A stretch of DNA of 60,253 nucleotides, filler included. It is 4 parts of 4 records of this genome, joined end to end, with 100 filler letters (N's around TTAATTAATTAA, not from the genome) between each part and the next. Parts side by side here need not be neighbours in the genome. Positions count along the whole stretch, not along the records: positions 36,719 to 60,253 come from SRR2962707_2758; 3 more parts are not named here. One strand, given 5' to 3'. The position numbers and the translations under genes were made by a program. The notes under the pieces are model-generated. The model did not search any database and was not told where the DNA came from. It saw only the letters and a program-made list of their open reading frames with translations. Of this stretch, positions 60,211-60,253 are shown piece by piece (position 1 is the stretch's first letter; every line of letters begins with the position of its first letter).

Positions 60211-60253
60211 GAGCGGAATAAAGCTACGTGTTCCATCCCGGATGATCACATAG

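Noticed and set aside
1-60253. CRISPR arrays, transposases, integrases, phage or defence genes
   Set aside because: No regularly spaced repeats or recognisable motifs seen. The EVE and TerB genes sit in ordinary housekeeping context.

Overview
The window is not one locus. It is four unrelated contigs joined by artificial 100-nt spacers (44 N + TTAATTAATTAA + 44 N) at 21710-21809, 27700-27799 and 36619-36718. Contig 1 (1-21709) is a Hyphomicrobiales (Pelagibacterium/Devosia-like, inferred) core-genome stretch. It carries large NAD-GDH, hppA, yggT/yggU, a TerB-like gene, a GGDEF-EAL gene next to a FeeM-like acyl-synthase, tRNA-Thr, hemC-hemD-Mic60-hemY, tsaD-gpsA-yciI-EVE and htpX. Contig 2 (21810-27699) is alphaproteobacterial: MFS transporters, an MDR dehydrogenase, an XRE regulator, a fused ABC exporter and moaB. 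Contig 3 (27800-36618) is eukaryotic, with an ~18-exon CLC-6/7-type Cl-/H+ antiporter and a convergent ALKBH1-like gene. Contig 4 (36719-60253) is Rhodobacteraceae-like and catabolic: monomeric icd, a TauT-type ABC, GntR/FAH, TRAP plus amidohydrolase, D-carbamoylase/LysR, ArsR-MFS, and an AccA-like ABC with a phosphodiesterase. The most striking unannotated signal is at 6569-6795: an ~82-nt terminated small RNA behind a sigma54 -24/-12 promoter, an IHF-like site and two perfect TTGCA-W3-TGCAA boxes, which is the LuxO/Qrr layout. Other leads are a synthase plus c-di-GMP receptor pair, a Pho-box-preceded acc-like operon, and a leader-peptide attenuator. Family assignments come from recalled motifs; no searches were run.
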